Origin: an uncultured Chloroflexia bacterium
GTDB lineage: Bacteria; Chloroflexota; Limnocylindria; QHBO01
Direction of reading: 5' to 3'
NCBI GenBank assembly: GCA_963840145.1
Contig: CAWIXR010000002.1
Span: 256,280-320,279, forward strand
DNA length: 64,000 nucleotides
This document shows positions 29,724-38,453 of this stretch, one piece after another; the first letter of the stretch is position 1, and the number at the start of each line of letters is the position of its first letter. Made by a program: the position numbers and the translations under genes. The notes under the pieces were generated by a model, which made no database searches, was not told where the DNA came from, and saw nothing but the letters and a program-made list of their open reading frames with translations.

Positions 29724-30467
29724 CTAGAGCAGCGAGGTGTCGTAGTCCGGGTGCGGGTTCGGGACGAGCGGGCGGACGCGCTGATAGCCCTCGTAGATCG
29801 GCTCTTCCGACTCGATCGCGCCGCGCAGCGACGCGATGACCTGTGCCATATCGGCCTGGCTGGCGTGGCTCTCGAGCGCGGCCAGCTTGCGCGGCGCGAC
29901 CGCCGTGATGTCGATGCGGTGCGTGGCGCCCTGCTCCTCGGGAGAGAGGTCGTAGAGGTTGCCGCCCGGATCGAAGACCGGGGAGACGACGAACACCGAA
30001 TTCGGCGCCCGGCCCGTGTCCGATAGCCGTTCCACCGCCCAGCGCGTGGCGTTGCCGACGACGATGTGGTCTGGGTGGCCGGTGACGCCGTGCGGGCCGA
30101 AGGTGATGACCGCCTGCGGGCGGACGCGCGCCAACCAGTCGGCGATCTCCTCGACAAGCTGGTCGAAGGGCGCATCGGCCAGTCCGCCGTCGGGGTAGTC
30201 GAGGCCCTGGACGAGGTCGATCCCGATCGCCTTTGCGGCGCCGATGAGCTCCGACTCGCGGACCCCGCCGAATGCGGGGTCCGGCTCACCGTCCGGCGTT
30301 CCCGCCTCGCCGCGCGTGACGACCAGCAGCGACGTCTGCAGGTACGCGTCGTACGACAGCGAGAGGGCGCCGGCGCACCCGACGCTCTCGTCGTCGGGGT
30401 GGGCGAGGACGGCCGCGATGCCGCCTGGCTTGGGCGGCCCGTGCATTCTCGGCGCGGCCTGGCTCAC
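29724..30467 (-). CDS. PIG-L/LmbE family N-acetylglucosaminyl deacetylase
   Basis: Motif AHPDDESVGCAGAL (HPDDE) plus HPDH further on. Probable GTG start at 30467 overlapping the upstream TGA, with AAGGAGG 4 nt upstream. Alternative ATG at 30446. Confidence 0.75.
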   Translation of the reverse strand: MSQAAPRMHGPPKPGGIAAVLAHPDDESVGCAGALSLSYDAYLQTSLLVVTRGEAGTPDGEPDPAFGGVRESELIGAAKAIGIDLVQGLDYPDGGLADAPFDQLVEEIADWLARVRPQAVITFGPHGVTGHPDHIVVGNATRWAVERLSDTGRAPNSVFVVSPVFDPGGNLYDLSPEEQGATHRIDITAVAPRKLAALESHASQADMAQVIASLRGAIESEEPIYEGYQRVRPLVPNPHPDYDTSLL

Positions 30468-30814
30468 CGTTCCTCCTTCGGGACTGCGTCGGACTCCTCG
30501 TCGGACAGGAAGGTCGAGCCCTGCCGCTCGACCGAGGTCCTCATCGTACGCAGGACGGCCAGCTTTGCGCTGGCGACCTCGACGATGAAGCGGCGCGTCC
30601 CCTCGTCGTCGAGCTGCGAGCCCGGCGGCGCGCTGCCGCGCCCGACGTTGAGCCAGGCCAGGTGATATCGGTCCATCCGGCCCCAGACGCGCTCGAGCAG
30701 CCGATCCGACTCGAGCAGCCAGGCTCCGAACCGATCCCAGGCCGGCTCCGCCAGGAGCCCTTCGCCGGTACCGATGAGCTCGTCGGTGGCGTCGAGGAAT
30801 GCGGTGCGCGACAT
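30464..30814 (-). CDS. hypothetical protein, 116 aa
   Basis: Non-low-complexity C-terminal part of ORF 30464..31522 starting at MSRTAFLDATDEL. Translationally coupled to the PIG-L gene. Divergent from the GGDEF gene. Confidence 0.5.
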   Translation of the reverse strand: MSRTAFLDATDELIGTGEGLLAEPAWDRFGAWLLESDRLLERVWGRMDRYHLAWLNVGRGSAPPGSQLDDEGTRRFIVEVASAKLAVLRTMRTSVERQGSTFLSDEESDAVPKEER

Positions 30815-30872
30815 GACCGCGCGTGGTCGATCGGTCACGCAGGGGAGAGTATCCGAACGAGGCGTTCGTACC

Positions 30873-32543
30873 ATGGTCGCGGGTGGTGCGCGCAGGCACA
30901 CTCGGGCCGTGGATCGCGCTCGGGCGCTGAACATCCTCTTCGCGCTTGCCATCGCGGCCGTTCCGGTCGGGTTGGTGCTCGCCGTGCGCGGCCTCCCGGC
31001 CGTCGACCTCGCCGATTCGGCGCTGCCGTGGCTGCCGGCGGCCTTCCTCGCCACGCTCGTGCTCGTGGCCGCGTTAGGGGCGCTGGCGGCATTGGTTCGG
31101 GCGCTCCGGACCGGCTCGATCGCCAACCTGCTCGAGTCGGGCGCGTCGGCCGCGCTGGCCGGTGGTGCCGTCGTCATGCTGACCGGCGAAGGGTCCCTGG
31201 CGGCCCCGGTGCTCGCCGCGGCCGTGCTGCTGGCCGTCGCGCCGTTCGTCGGAACACGCGTGGTCGCCGGCGGGCCGGCCCGGCTGATCGGTGCGGCGGT
31301 GGCGGTCATGGCGGTGGCCGAGGCGTTCGCGCTACTGACCGTCATTCCAGTGACGGCCGACCTGCTGGAACCGCTCGCGCCGGTCCTACTCGGGCTGGCG
31401 GTCCTGGCCGCCGGCGTCGCGGTCGTCCTGGCCACGGGGCTCAGATCCGCGAGTGCCGGGCTGGTGGCGGCCGGGGCGGTCGGTCTGCTGGCGGATCGCG
31501 ACGGCTCGCTGGAAGGGCTCATCGGCCTGGCCGCGCTGATGGCCGGGCAGGTGCTGGCGATCGCGGCGGCGCTGGCGCCGGAGCCCGACGAGGTCGAGGA
31601 ACGCCTTCCGGAGCTCGCCGGCCGCCTGGCCGATGCGGTCCTGCGCTTCGACGGTCACCTGCGGCTCCGCGATTGGAATCACGCGGCGGCCACCCTGCTC
31701 GCAATCGACACCTCGTCGGCGGGCGTGCGGATCGACGATCTGCTCGGCGTCTCGGTCGCCGACCTTCCGTCGGGCGACGCGACCACCGTCTCGCGCGGCG
31801 GCGTCGGAGGGCTGGAGGTGGCGATGCATCGGGCCGGGCCGGGCGTGGTCGCCGTCGTCCGCGAGGCGGGAGGCACGCCCGAGGTCGAGCGCCTCGGCAA
31901 CGAGCTGCGCACGACGATCGAGGAGCTGCTGCGCGCGCGACGCACGATCGATCTCCAGCGCGGCGAGCTCGAGCGCTCGTCGACGGTCGACCCGCTCACC
32001 GGCATCTCCAGCCGCGGCGCGATCCTCGAACGGCTGCGGATCGAGGTTGCCCAGGCGCGCCGCTACCGGCACCCGCTTGCGGTCGTGCTGCTCGACGTCG
32101 ATCGCTTCGGCGAGATCAACGAGGCGTACGGCATCGCCGGGGGAGACGCGGTGCTGCGCGAGGTCGCGCTGCGCATGCGGCTGCGCGTACGCGAGGCCGA
32201 TGCCCTCGGCCGCGCGGGTTCGGACGGGTTTCTCGCGACGCTACCGCACACCGACGAGGCCGGCGCTGCGACCTTCGCCGATGCCCTGCGCATCCGGCTC
32301 GGTCTGCGGCCGGTGCGCGTCGGTGACTCGGAGCTGCAGGTCACGGTCAGCATCGGGGTCGCGACGATGCGCCCCGGCGAGGACCTCGATGTCGACGGTG
32401 TGCTGGCGCGGGTGCAGGAGGCGCTCGACAGCGCGCGCGGCGCGGGGGGCAATCGGATCGCCCTCGATCGGATGCACGGGCTCGCCCGTCTCGCCGACCG
32501 CCACCCGACCGACGAGCTCGATGACGATCGAGCGGTCGAGTAG
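30873..32543 (+). CDS. membrane protein with C-terminal degenerate GGDEF domain (GSDGF)
   Basis: About 8 TM helices, then a linker/PAS-like region, then a GGDEF domain: DPLTGISSRG, LLDVDRFGEINEAYG, and RAGSDGFLATLP in place of RxGGDEF. Confidence 0.8.
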   Translation: MVAGGARRHTRAVDRARALNILFALAIAAVPVGLVLAVRGLPAVDLADSALPWLPAAFLATLVLVAALGALAALVRALRTGSIANLLESGASAALAGGAVVMLTGEGSLAAPVLAAAVLLAVAPFVGTRVVAGGPARLIGAAVAVMAVAEAFALLTVIPVTADLLEPLAPVLLGLAVLAAGVAVVLATGLRSASAGLVAAGAVGLLADRDGSLEGLIGLAALMAGQVLAIAAALAPEPDEVEERLPELAGRLADAVLRFDGHLRLRDWNHAAATLLAIDTSSAGVRIDDLLGVSVADLPSGDATTVSRGGVGGLEVAMHRAGPGVVAVVREAGGTPEVERLGNELRTTIEELLRARRTIDLQRGELERSSTVDPLTGISSRGAILERLRIEVAQARRYRHPLAVVLLDVDRFGEINEAYGIAGGDAVLREVALRMRLRVREADALGRAGSDGFLATLPHTDEAGAATFADALRIRLGLRPVRVGDSELQVTVSIGVATMRPGEDLDVDGVLARVQEALDSARGAGGNRIALDRMHGLARLADRHPTDELDDDRAVE

Positions 32544-32571
32544 GCCGCGCCGCTATTCCTGGAGCGCGTGT

Positions 32572-32717
32572 ATCGGCCAAGCAGTGGCCGATACAGTCAC
32601 GGCGCGAATGAATCGGCCACGGTGAGGGCGTTTGCCTGGCCCTTTCAAGCGTCCACGGCATATTCGGCCACTTCTTGGCCGCTTCATCCAGCGGGGGAAT
32701 ATCGCTCGGCCGAAAGG
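32572..32717 (+). repeat. intergenic element B, homolog of element A, plus a second perfect palindrome ATCGGCCA-agcag-TGGCCGAT (32572-32592)
   Basis: See element A. The block 32611-32717 aligns with 3883-3990. Extra half-sites (CGGCCAG/CGGCCG) follow to about 32760. Confidence 0.5.
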
Positions 32718-32774
32718 CGCCGTATGACATCGCGGCCAGTTCATCGGCCGTGAATGAGCGTGAATCGGGTCAAG

Positions 32775-32819
32775 TTATCCACCGCTGTCATACAATGTGT
32801 GGACAAGCACGTTGATAAC
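32775..32819. promoter_or_regulatory. cluster of three DnaA-box-like 9-mers (TTATCCACC; TTGTCCACA on minus; TTATCAACG on minus) upstream of thyX
   Basis: GTTATCCACC at 32774-32783. TGTGGACAA at 32798-32806 is the reverse complement of the actinobacterial DnaA-box consensus TTGTCCACA. GTTGATAAC at 32811-32819. Confidence 0.3.
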
Positions 32820-32862
32820 CCCGTAGGCAGGCCAGCCCGGCGCTGGCACCGTTGAGGCACTC

Positions 32863-33807
32863 ATGCCATCGACCTCCTCCGACCTCTCCGCCAAGCTCAT
32901 CTTCCCCACGCGGGAGATCGTCGAGGAGTTCTATCTCCCGATCATCTACACCGCATGCCGCACCTGCTACTCCGAGCTCGTCCCCGACAGGATCTGGGAC
33001 AAGGCCGTCAGCCGCGAGGTGGCCGACGAGAAGCAGCAGAGCCTCGTGCGCAAGGTGATGGAGTCGGGGCACGGCTCAACGATCGAGCACGTGAACTTCA
33101 CCTTCGCGATCAGCGGCGTGACCCGGACGCTCAGCCACCAGCTGGTCCGGCATCGCGCCGGCACGGCTTTCGACCAGCAGTCGCAGCGCTACGTGTCCTT
33201 CAAGAAGCGCGACAACTACACGGTCCCCGAGAGCATCGCCAACGGCGACCTGCCCGATGACCTGGCCGGCCGCTTCCAGCGCGCGATCGACGACAACCTC
33301 GACCTCTACGGCCAGCTGCTGCAGGCCGAGGTGCCCGCGGAGGACGCGCGCTTCATCTTCCCGAACGCGATGCAGACGAACCTGATCATGACGGTCAACC
33401 TGCGCCAGCTCATCCACATGAGCGGTCTACGGCTGTGCACGATGGCGCAGTGGGAGATCCGCCAGCTGTTCAAGCAGATCCGCCACGAGATCTTCCGGGT
33501 CAGCCCGTTCTTCGGCAGCTTCCTCGTCCCGAAATGCGTGCCGCTCGGCTACTGCGACGAGATGGGCAACCGCGACGAGCACTGCCGCATCAAGCCGCAC
33601 CGCGACACGGTCATGGCCGTCTGGGATGCCTACCGCGCCGGCTCGCTCGAAGAGACCGATGGGCCCGTCGTACCGGACACGAGCCCCTTCCGCCCCAAGC
33701 CGCGGCGCGTGCCCCTGCCGGTGGCCGAGGGCGACATTCGACCGACGGCCTCGACCGAGCTGCTCGGCGCCGGCATCGGCCAGGCGGGAGACTCCGACCG
33801 GGTCTAG
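32863..33807 (+). CDS. thyX: FAD-dependent thymidylate synthase ThyX, with ~60-aa Cys-containing C-terminal extension
   Basis: ThyX motif RHRAGTAFDQQSQRY (RHRxxxxxxxSxR) plus flanking conserved blocks. 314 aa. Confidence 0.9.
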   Translation: MPSTSSDLSAKLIFPTREIVEEFYLPIIYTACRTCYSELVPDRIWDKAVSREVADEKQQSLVRKVMESGHGSTIEHVNFTFAISGVTRTLSHQLVRHRAGTAFDQQSQRYVSFKKRDNYTVPESIANGDLPDDLAGRFQRAIDDNLDLYGQLLQAEVPAEDARFIFPNAMQTNLIMTVNLRQLIHMSGLRLCTMAQWEIRQLFKQIRHEIFRVSPFFGSFLVPKCVPLGYCDEMGNRDEHCRIKPHRDTVMAVWDAYRAGSLEETDGPVVPDTSPFRPKPRRVPLPVAEGDIRPTASTELLGAGIGQAGDSDRV

Positions 33808-34235
33808 TTGTCCGGCGAGACCCCGTCGCCGAGGGTGAAGCGCCGAAGCTCCTCCGCGCACTTCTCGGCCAGCCGGCGAGCCTCGTTCACGAGGAACGAG
33901 CTCATCTTCGTGGAGTCGACGATCAGCAGCGTGTGGCCGCGCTCGTTGCGGTCGAGCACGATCCGATCCTCGCCGTGGAAGCTGATCCCCCAGTTGGCCT
34001 GCAGCTGGACGAGCTCGGCGAGCACGACCTTCTCGGCGAAGTACCAGTCCAGGAACTCGGCGTTGAGGGCGTTCACCACGTCGCGTAGCTGCAGGGTCTC
34101 GTTGCGCCGCAGGCGGGAGACGAAGTGCACGACGCGGAGGGCGGCGAACGGATCGCCGGCGCGCGCGATCTGCGGGGGCGCGAGCGTCGGATCGGGCATG
34201 CCGTCGGGGGCGGCACCGACCAGCTGGGAGGTCAT
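33804..34235 (-). CDS. hypothetical protein
   Basis: 143-150 aa ORF downstream of csaA on the minus strand. No recognised domain. Confidence 0.45.
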   Translation of the reverse strand: MTSQLVGAAPDGMPDPTLAPPQIARAGDPFAALRVVHFVSRLRRNETLQLRDVVNALNAEFLDWYFAEKVVLAELVQLQANWGISFHGEDRIVLDRNERGHTLLIVDSTKMSSFLVNEARRLAEKCAEELRRFTLGDGVSPDN

Positions 34236-34252
34236 CAGTTGGCGAGTATGCC

Positions 34253-34588
34253 TCAACCGATGCGAAGCCCCTCGGGCGAGGCTGGATCGGGCCGCAGCAG
34301 GAAGACCTCGCCGTCATCGCCCATCGCGCCGAGCACGAGCACTTCGCTGGCGAGGCCCGCGATCCGGCGCGGCGGGAAGTTGAGGACCGCCACGACCTGG
34401 CGACCGACGAGGCCCTCGCGGTCGGGGTAGGTCACGGTCAGCTGCGCCGAGCTCACGCGCTCGCCGACCTCCGGGCCGAAGTCGATCCGCAGCCGATACG
34501 ACGGCTTGCGCGCCTCGGGGAACGGCTCGGCCGCCACGATCCGGCCGACGCGCATCTCGACGCGCTCGAAGTGCTCCAGGTCGATCAT
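34253..34588 (-). CDS. csaA: tRNA-binding protein / export chaperone CsaA (Trbp111 family)
   Basis: ORF trimmed to MIDLEHFERVEMRVGRIV. Near-colinear with B. subtilis CsaA, with FPEAR and NFPPRRIAG..SEVLVLG blocks. 111 aa. Confidence 0.85.
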   Translation of the reverse strand: MIDLEHFERVEMRVGRIVAAEPFPEARKPSYRLRIDFGPEVGERVSSAQLTVTYPDREGLVGRQVVAVLNFPPRRIAGLASEVLVLGAMGDDGEVFLLRPDPASPEGLRIG

Positions 34589-34742
34589 CGGCGAAGGGTA
34601 CCGGAGCGGGGCGGGACCGGTGCGGCGGCGCACTGGGCCCACGCTGGGACTATCGGCCCAGTGAGTGTGTCGTGGCCGGCGCGTACGGTTGCACGGGGCC
34701 GCGCACGCAAGCCACGCGGCCCGCTTCGAGCAGGAGACGACG

Positions 34743-35318
34743 TTGACGTTCTGGAACTGGCGCCGGAGTCCCGGGCCGACGGCCACACAGGGGTCCGCCG
34801 CACTGGCCGCCTCCTCTCCGGACCTGGCGCCGATCGAGCTCTACACCGCCGACGCGCGGATCGTCGGCTGGCTCGCGCCCAACGGGCAGCGCGTCACCGA
34901 TCTGCTCGCCACCCGCGACGAGCTGCGACTGTGGCGCCCGAGCCCGGGCCCGCTCGACGACATGGAGCCGCCCGGCGACCTGCCGCCCGGTGGCGAGAGC
35001 GGCGAGTGGGAGAGCCTGCCCACCGCCCGCGTCATCCTGGCCATGCCGCCCGAATGGCGAGCCAGCCGCCAGCTGCGTCTCCACAAGCGGCTCCGCCGCG
35101 CGGCCCTCGTCGCCGGCCCGTTCAGCGTGACCGGCAACATCCATCTCCAGCCCGGCGTCGAGGTCGGCCCGCACATCCTGCGCAGCTCCAGCTTCCTGCC
35201 ACTGACCGATGCCTACCTGCTCCACACCGGCCAGCCGCCCTTCGAGCACGTCGTCAGCGTCGTCATCGTCAACGCCGCCCACGTCTCGCAGATCGTCCCG
35301 CTCGTCACGCTGGCCTGA
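34743..35318 (+). CDS. hypothetical protein (first gene of liu cluster?)
   Basis: In-frame TTG at 34743 with GGAGA 5 nt upstream. 191 aa. The start is uncertain. Confidence 0.4.
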   Translation: MTFWNWRRSPGPTATQGSAALAASSPDLAPIELYTADARIVGWLAPNGQRVTDLLATRDELRLWRPSPGPLDDMEPPGDLPPGGESGEWESLPTARVILAMPPEWRASRQLRLHKRLRRAALVAGPFSVTGNIHLQPGVEVGPHILRSSSFLPLTDAYLLHTGQPPFEHVVSVVIVNAAHVSQIVPLVTLA

Positions 35319-35355
35319 TCCGCGGCGCGGCGCGGGGCGCGGCGATAATCCCCGC

Positions 35356-36954
35356 ATGGCCGTCCTCCGCAGCTCCATCGATCCCGAGGCGCCCGAGACG
35401 CGCGCGAACACCGAGGCGATGCAACGCCTCGTCGAGGACCTGCGCGCGCGAACCGATGCGCTGAGCCGCAACGGCGCCGGCGGCGACGAGCGCTCGATCG
35501 CCCGCCACAGGGAGCGCGGCAAGCTGCCGGTCCGCGAGCGGATCGATCGGCTCATCGACCCGGGCTCGGCGTTCCTCGAGCTGAACGCGCTGGCGGCCAA
35601 CGGCCTCTACGACGACGAGGCGCCCGGGGCGGGGATCGTGACCGGCATCGGCCGCGTGGAGGGCATCGAGTGCGTGGTCGTCGCCAACGACGCGACGGTC
35701 AAGGGCGGCACGTACTACCCGATGACGGTGAAGAAGCACCTTCGCGCGCAGGAGATCGCGCTCGAGAACGGGCTGCCGTGCCTCTACCTGGTGGACAGCG
35801 GCGGCGCCTTCCTGCCGCTGCAGGACGAGGTCTTTCCCGATCGCGACCACTTCGGCCGCATCTTCTACAACCAGGCTCAGCTATCGGCGCGCAGGATCCC
35901 GCAGGTCGCGCTGGTGATGGGCTCCTGCACGGCCGGCGGCGCCTACGTCCCGGCGATGAGCGACGAGACGGTCATCGTCAAAGGCACCGGCACGATCTTC
36001 CTCGGCGGCCCGCCGCTCGTGAAGGCGGCCACCGGCGAGGAGGTGACGGCCGAGGAGCTCGGCGGCGCGGAGGTGCACACGACGCAATCGGGAGTGGCCG
36101 ATCATTTCGCCCTCGATGACGACCACGCGCTCGCGATCGGCCGCCAGATCGTGCGCAACCTGGCCCGGCGCAAGCCGGAGCCGCCGTGGGAAACCGGCGA
36201 GCCGTGCGAGCCATCGGTCCCGGCGGAAGGCCTGTACGGCGTGATTCCGGCCGACGCCCGCCAGTCGTACGACGTCCGCGAGGTCATCGCGCGCCTGGTG
36301 GACGGCTCCGACTTTCACGAGTTCAAGGCTCGCTATGGCGAGACGCTCGTCACCGGCTTCGCGCGGATCATGGGCTACCCGGTCGGGATCCTCGCCAACA
36401 ACGGGATCCTGTTCAGCCAGTCGGCGCTGAAGGGCGCCCACTTCGTCGAGCTCGCGTCCCAGCGCAAGGTTCCGCTCGTCTTCCTCCAGAACATCACCGG
36501 CTTCATGGTCGGGCGCGAGTACGAGGCCGGCGGCATCGCGCGCGACGGCGCCAAGCTCGTGACCGCGGTGAGCACGACGAACGTGCCGAAGTTCACCGTC
36601 ATCGTCGGCGGCAGCTTCGGCGCCGGGAACTACGGCATGGCCGGTCGCGCCTACGGCCCGCGCCAGCTGTGGATGTGGCCGAACGCGCGGATCAGCGTGA
36701 TGGGCGGAGCCCAGGCGGCGCGCGTCCTGTCGACGGTCCGCGGCGGATTCGAGACCGATGCGGACCGCGACGCCTTCGAGGCGCCGATCCTCGAGAAGTA
36801 CGAGCTCGAGGGCTCGCCGTATCACTCGACCGCGCGGCTGTGGGACGACGGCGTGATCGACCCGCTGGACACGCGCCGCGTCCTCGCCCTCGGCATCAGC
36901 GCGGCGCTCAACGCCCCGATCCCGGAGCCCGGCTTCAGCCTCTACCGGATGTAG
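35356..36954 (+). CDS. methylcrotonyl-CoA carboxylase beta subunit (carboxyltransferase)
   Basis: ORF trimmed to [11 protein letters not shown]. Acyl-CoA carboxylase carboxyltransferase fold: [23 protein letters not shown], biotin-side [11 protein letters not shown]. 532 aa. Confidence 0.88.
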   Translation: MAVLRSSIDPEAPETRANTEAMQRLVEDLRARTDALSRNGAGGDERSIARHRERGKLPVRERIDRLIDPGSAFLELNALAANGLYDDEAPGAGIVTGIGRVEGIECVVVANDATVKGGTYYPMTVKKHLRAQEIALENGLPCLYLVDSGGAFLPLQDEVFPDRDHFGRIFYNQAQLSARRIPQVALVMGSCTAGGAYVPAMSDETVIVKGTGTIFLGGPPLVKAATGEEVTAEELGGAEVHTTQSGVADHFALDDDHALAIGRQIVRNLARRKPEPPWETGEPCEPSVPAEGLYGVIPADARQSYDVREVIARLVDGSDFHEFKARYGETLVTGFARIMGYPVGILANNGILFSQSALKGAHFVELASQRKVPLVFLQNITGFMVGREYEAGGIARDGAKLVTAVSTTNVPKFTVIVGGSFGAGNYGMAGRAYGPRQLWMWPNARISVMGGAQAARVLSTVRGGFETDADRDAFEAPILEKYELEGSPYHSTARLWDDGVIDPLDTRRVLALGISAALNAPIPEPGFSLYRM

Positions 36955-36988
36955 CCGATGTCGGCATCGGTCATGCGGTGCCCAACGC

Positions 36989-37627
36989 ATGCACATCTGG
37001 AGCGAGCGTCCCCTCATGCGCGCCGGCGAGATCGCAGCCGACGTGGCGACGCTGGTGTGGCTCACGATCTGGATCGATCTCGGCGTCCGGCTGTACGGCC
37101 TCCTCGCCAACCTGGCCGAGTCCGGGCGGCTGGTGCGCGACGGTGGCACCGGCATCACCGACGCGGGCGAGACGATCGGATCGGCGATCGACGGCATACC
37201 GCTGGTCGGCGAGGGTGCCGCCGACGGCATCCGCGGCGCGCTGGCCGCCGCGGGTGAGCCGCTCATCGTCTTCGGCACCGATCTCGAGCGGCTGATCATC
37301 ATCATGGCCGCCGTGCTCGGCGCGCTGCTCGTTGCCGTCGCGATCGTCCCGTGGCTGAACCGATACCTGCCGTGGCGCATCGCCCGCTGGCGCCGGCTGA
37401 ACGCCGCCTCGCGGGTCATCCGCGGGTCGAAGCGCCGGACGGAGCCGATCGCGGACGAGACGCTTCAGTCACTCCTGGCGTCGCGCGCGGTCCATCGGCT
37501 CGAATACGACGAGCTCCTCGAGTTCAGCCCCGATCCGTTCGGCGACTGGGTCGCCGGCCGCCACGACCGGCTGGCGATGGCCGAGCTCGACCGCGTCGGC
37601 CTGCGTGGGTTGGCGCCGCCGCGCTAG
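36989..37627 (+). CDS. membrane protein, unknown function
   Basis: 212 aa with two hydrophobic helices. Inserted within the liu cluster. Confidence 0.55.
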   Translation: MHIWSERPLMRAGEIAADVATLVWLTIWIDLGVRLYGLLANLAESGRLVRDGGTGITDAGETIGSAIDGIPLVGEGAADGIRGALAAAGEPLIVFGTDLERLIIIMAAVLGALLVAVAIVPWLNRYLPWRIARWRRLNAASRVIRGSKRRTEPIADETLQSLLASRAVHRLEYDELLEFSPDPFGDWVAGRHDRLAMAELDRVGLRGLAPPR

Positions 37628-37640
37628 GCTCACGCCACCG

Positions 37641-38453
37641 ATGCAACCCGCAGATCGACCCGCCCCCGGCTCCCACGACCGGTCCGTCCCCTCCGGCTCG
37701 CTCGAGGAGAGCGCCGCCAACCTCTTCGACGCGATGCTCGCCGCCCGCGCGGCCGAGGAGCGCGGCGAGCGTGGCCCGCTCCACGCCTTCTTCCGCACGC
37801 TGATGAGCGGCACGCTCCTGCTGCCGGTGCCTCCCGACCATGGCGACGAGGCCAAGGCGGCGCTCGAGTCGGCCGTCAACGACGACGAGCAGGTCGAGAT
37901 CAGCGTGATGCTCGCCCGCGAGGCGGGCGGCGAGACGGTGGGGGTCGTCTTCGGCTCGTTCGCCGCGCTCGCCGCCTGGGCGCCGTCGGGCAGCGGCAAC
38001 CTTCCGCTGCCGGCGCGGATCGCGATCGCCAACCTGGCGGCCGCCGGCATGCCGGCGATCATGGACCCCGCCGGACCGGTGCCCTACCGCTTCGAGACCG
38101 ATGAGCTCGCCGCGCTCGCCGAGGGCCGCCTGCCCGGCAGCGACGAGCCGCTGTTCGAGGCCACCACCCGGTCCTCGATCCGGGTCCTCCTGCCCGGCAC
38201 CGATACCCGCGACCTCGAGCGCCGTCTCACCTCCGAGCTGGAGCCGACCTCGGTCGACGCCGCCTACCTCGTCGAGACCGACTCCGGCGGTGGTGACCGA
38301 CGGCTGATGCTCGGGCTGGTCGGCGAGCCCGGAGCGACGGCGACGGTCGACGTTCCGGACGGCACCGACGTCGTCTGGCTCGAGGAGCCGCTGCTGGCCC
38401 AGGTCCGCGCGGTCGCCGAGCCGTTCCACCGCCGCGGTCGGGCGGCTCGATGA
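37641..38453 (+). CDS. SseB family protein
   Basis: The N-terminal segment ...LHAFFRTLMSGTLLLPVP resembles the E. coli SseB N-terminus (PAFFRTLLESTVWVPG). Start taken at Met13 of ORF 37605..38453. Confidence 0.6.
   Translation: MQPADRPAPGSHDRSVPSGSLEESAANLFDAMLAARAAEERGERGPLHAFFRTLMSGTLLLPVPPDHGDEAKAALESAVNDDEQVEISVMLAREAGGETVGVVFGSFAALAAWAPSGSGNLPLPARIAIANLAAAGMPAIMDPAGPVPYRFETDELAALAEGRLPGSDEPLFEATTRSSIRVLLPGTDTRDLERRLTSELEPTSVDAAYLVETDSGGGDRRLMLGLVGEPGATATVDVPDGTDVVWLEEPLLAQVRAVAEPFHRRGRAAR

Noticed and set aside
29570-30289. 239-aa minus-strand ORF overlapping the PIG-L gene
   Set aside because: Alternate frame with S/R/T-rich composition. The PIG-L frame carries the HPDDE motif.
30815-31522. 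N-terminal 236 residues of ORF 30464..31522 (A/T/S/P-rich)
   Set aside because: They are the reverse-frame shadow of the GGDEF membrane protein gene. Only the C-terminal 116 aa have protein-like composition.
32608-32625. Small peptide encoded within the conserved element (22-codon ORF in copy A)
   Set aside because: The corresponding frame in copy B stops after 5 codons. Conservation is therefore at the nucleotide level, not the peptide level.
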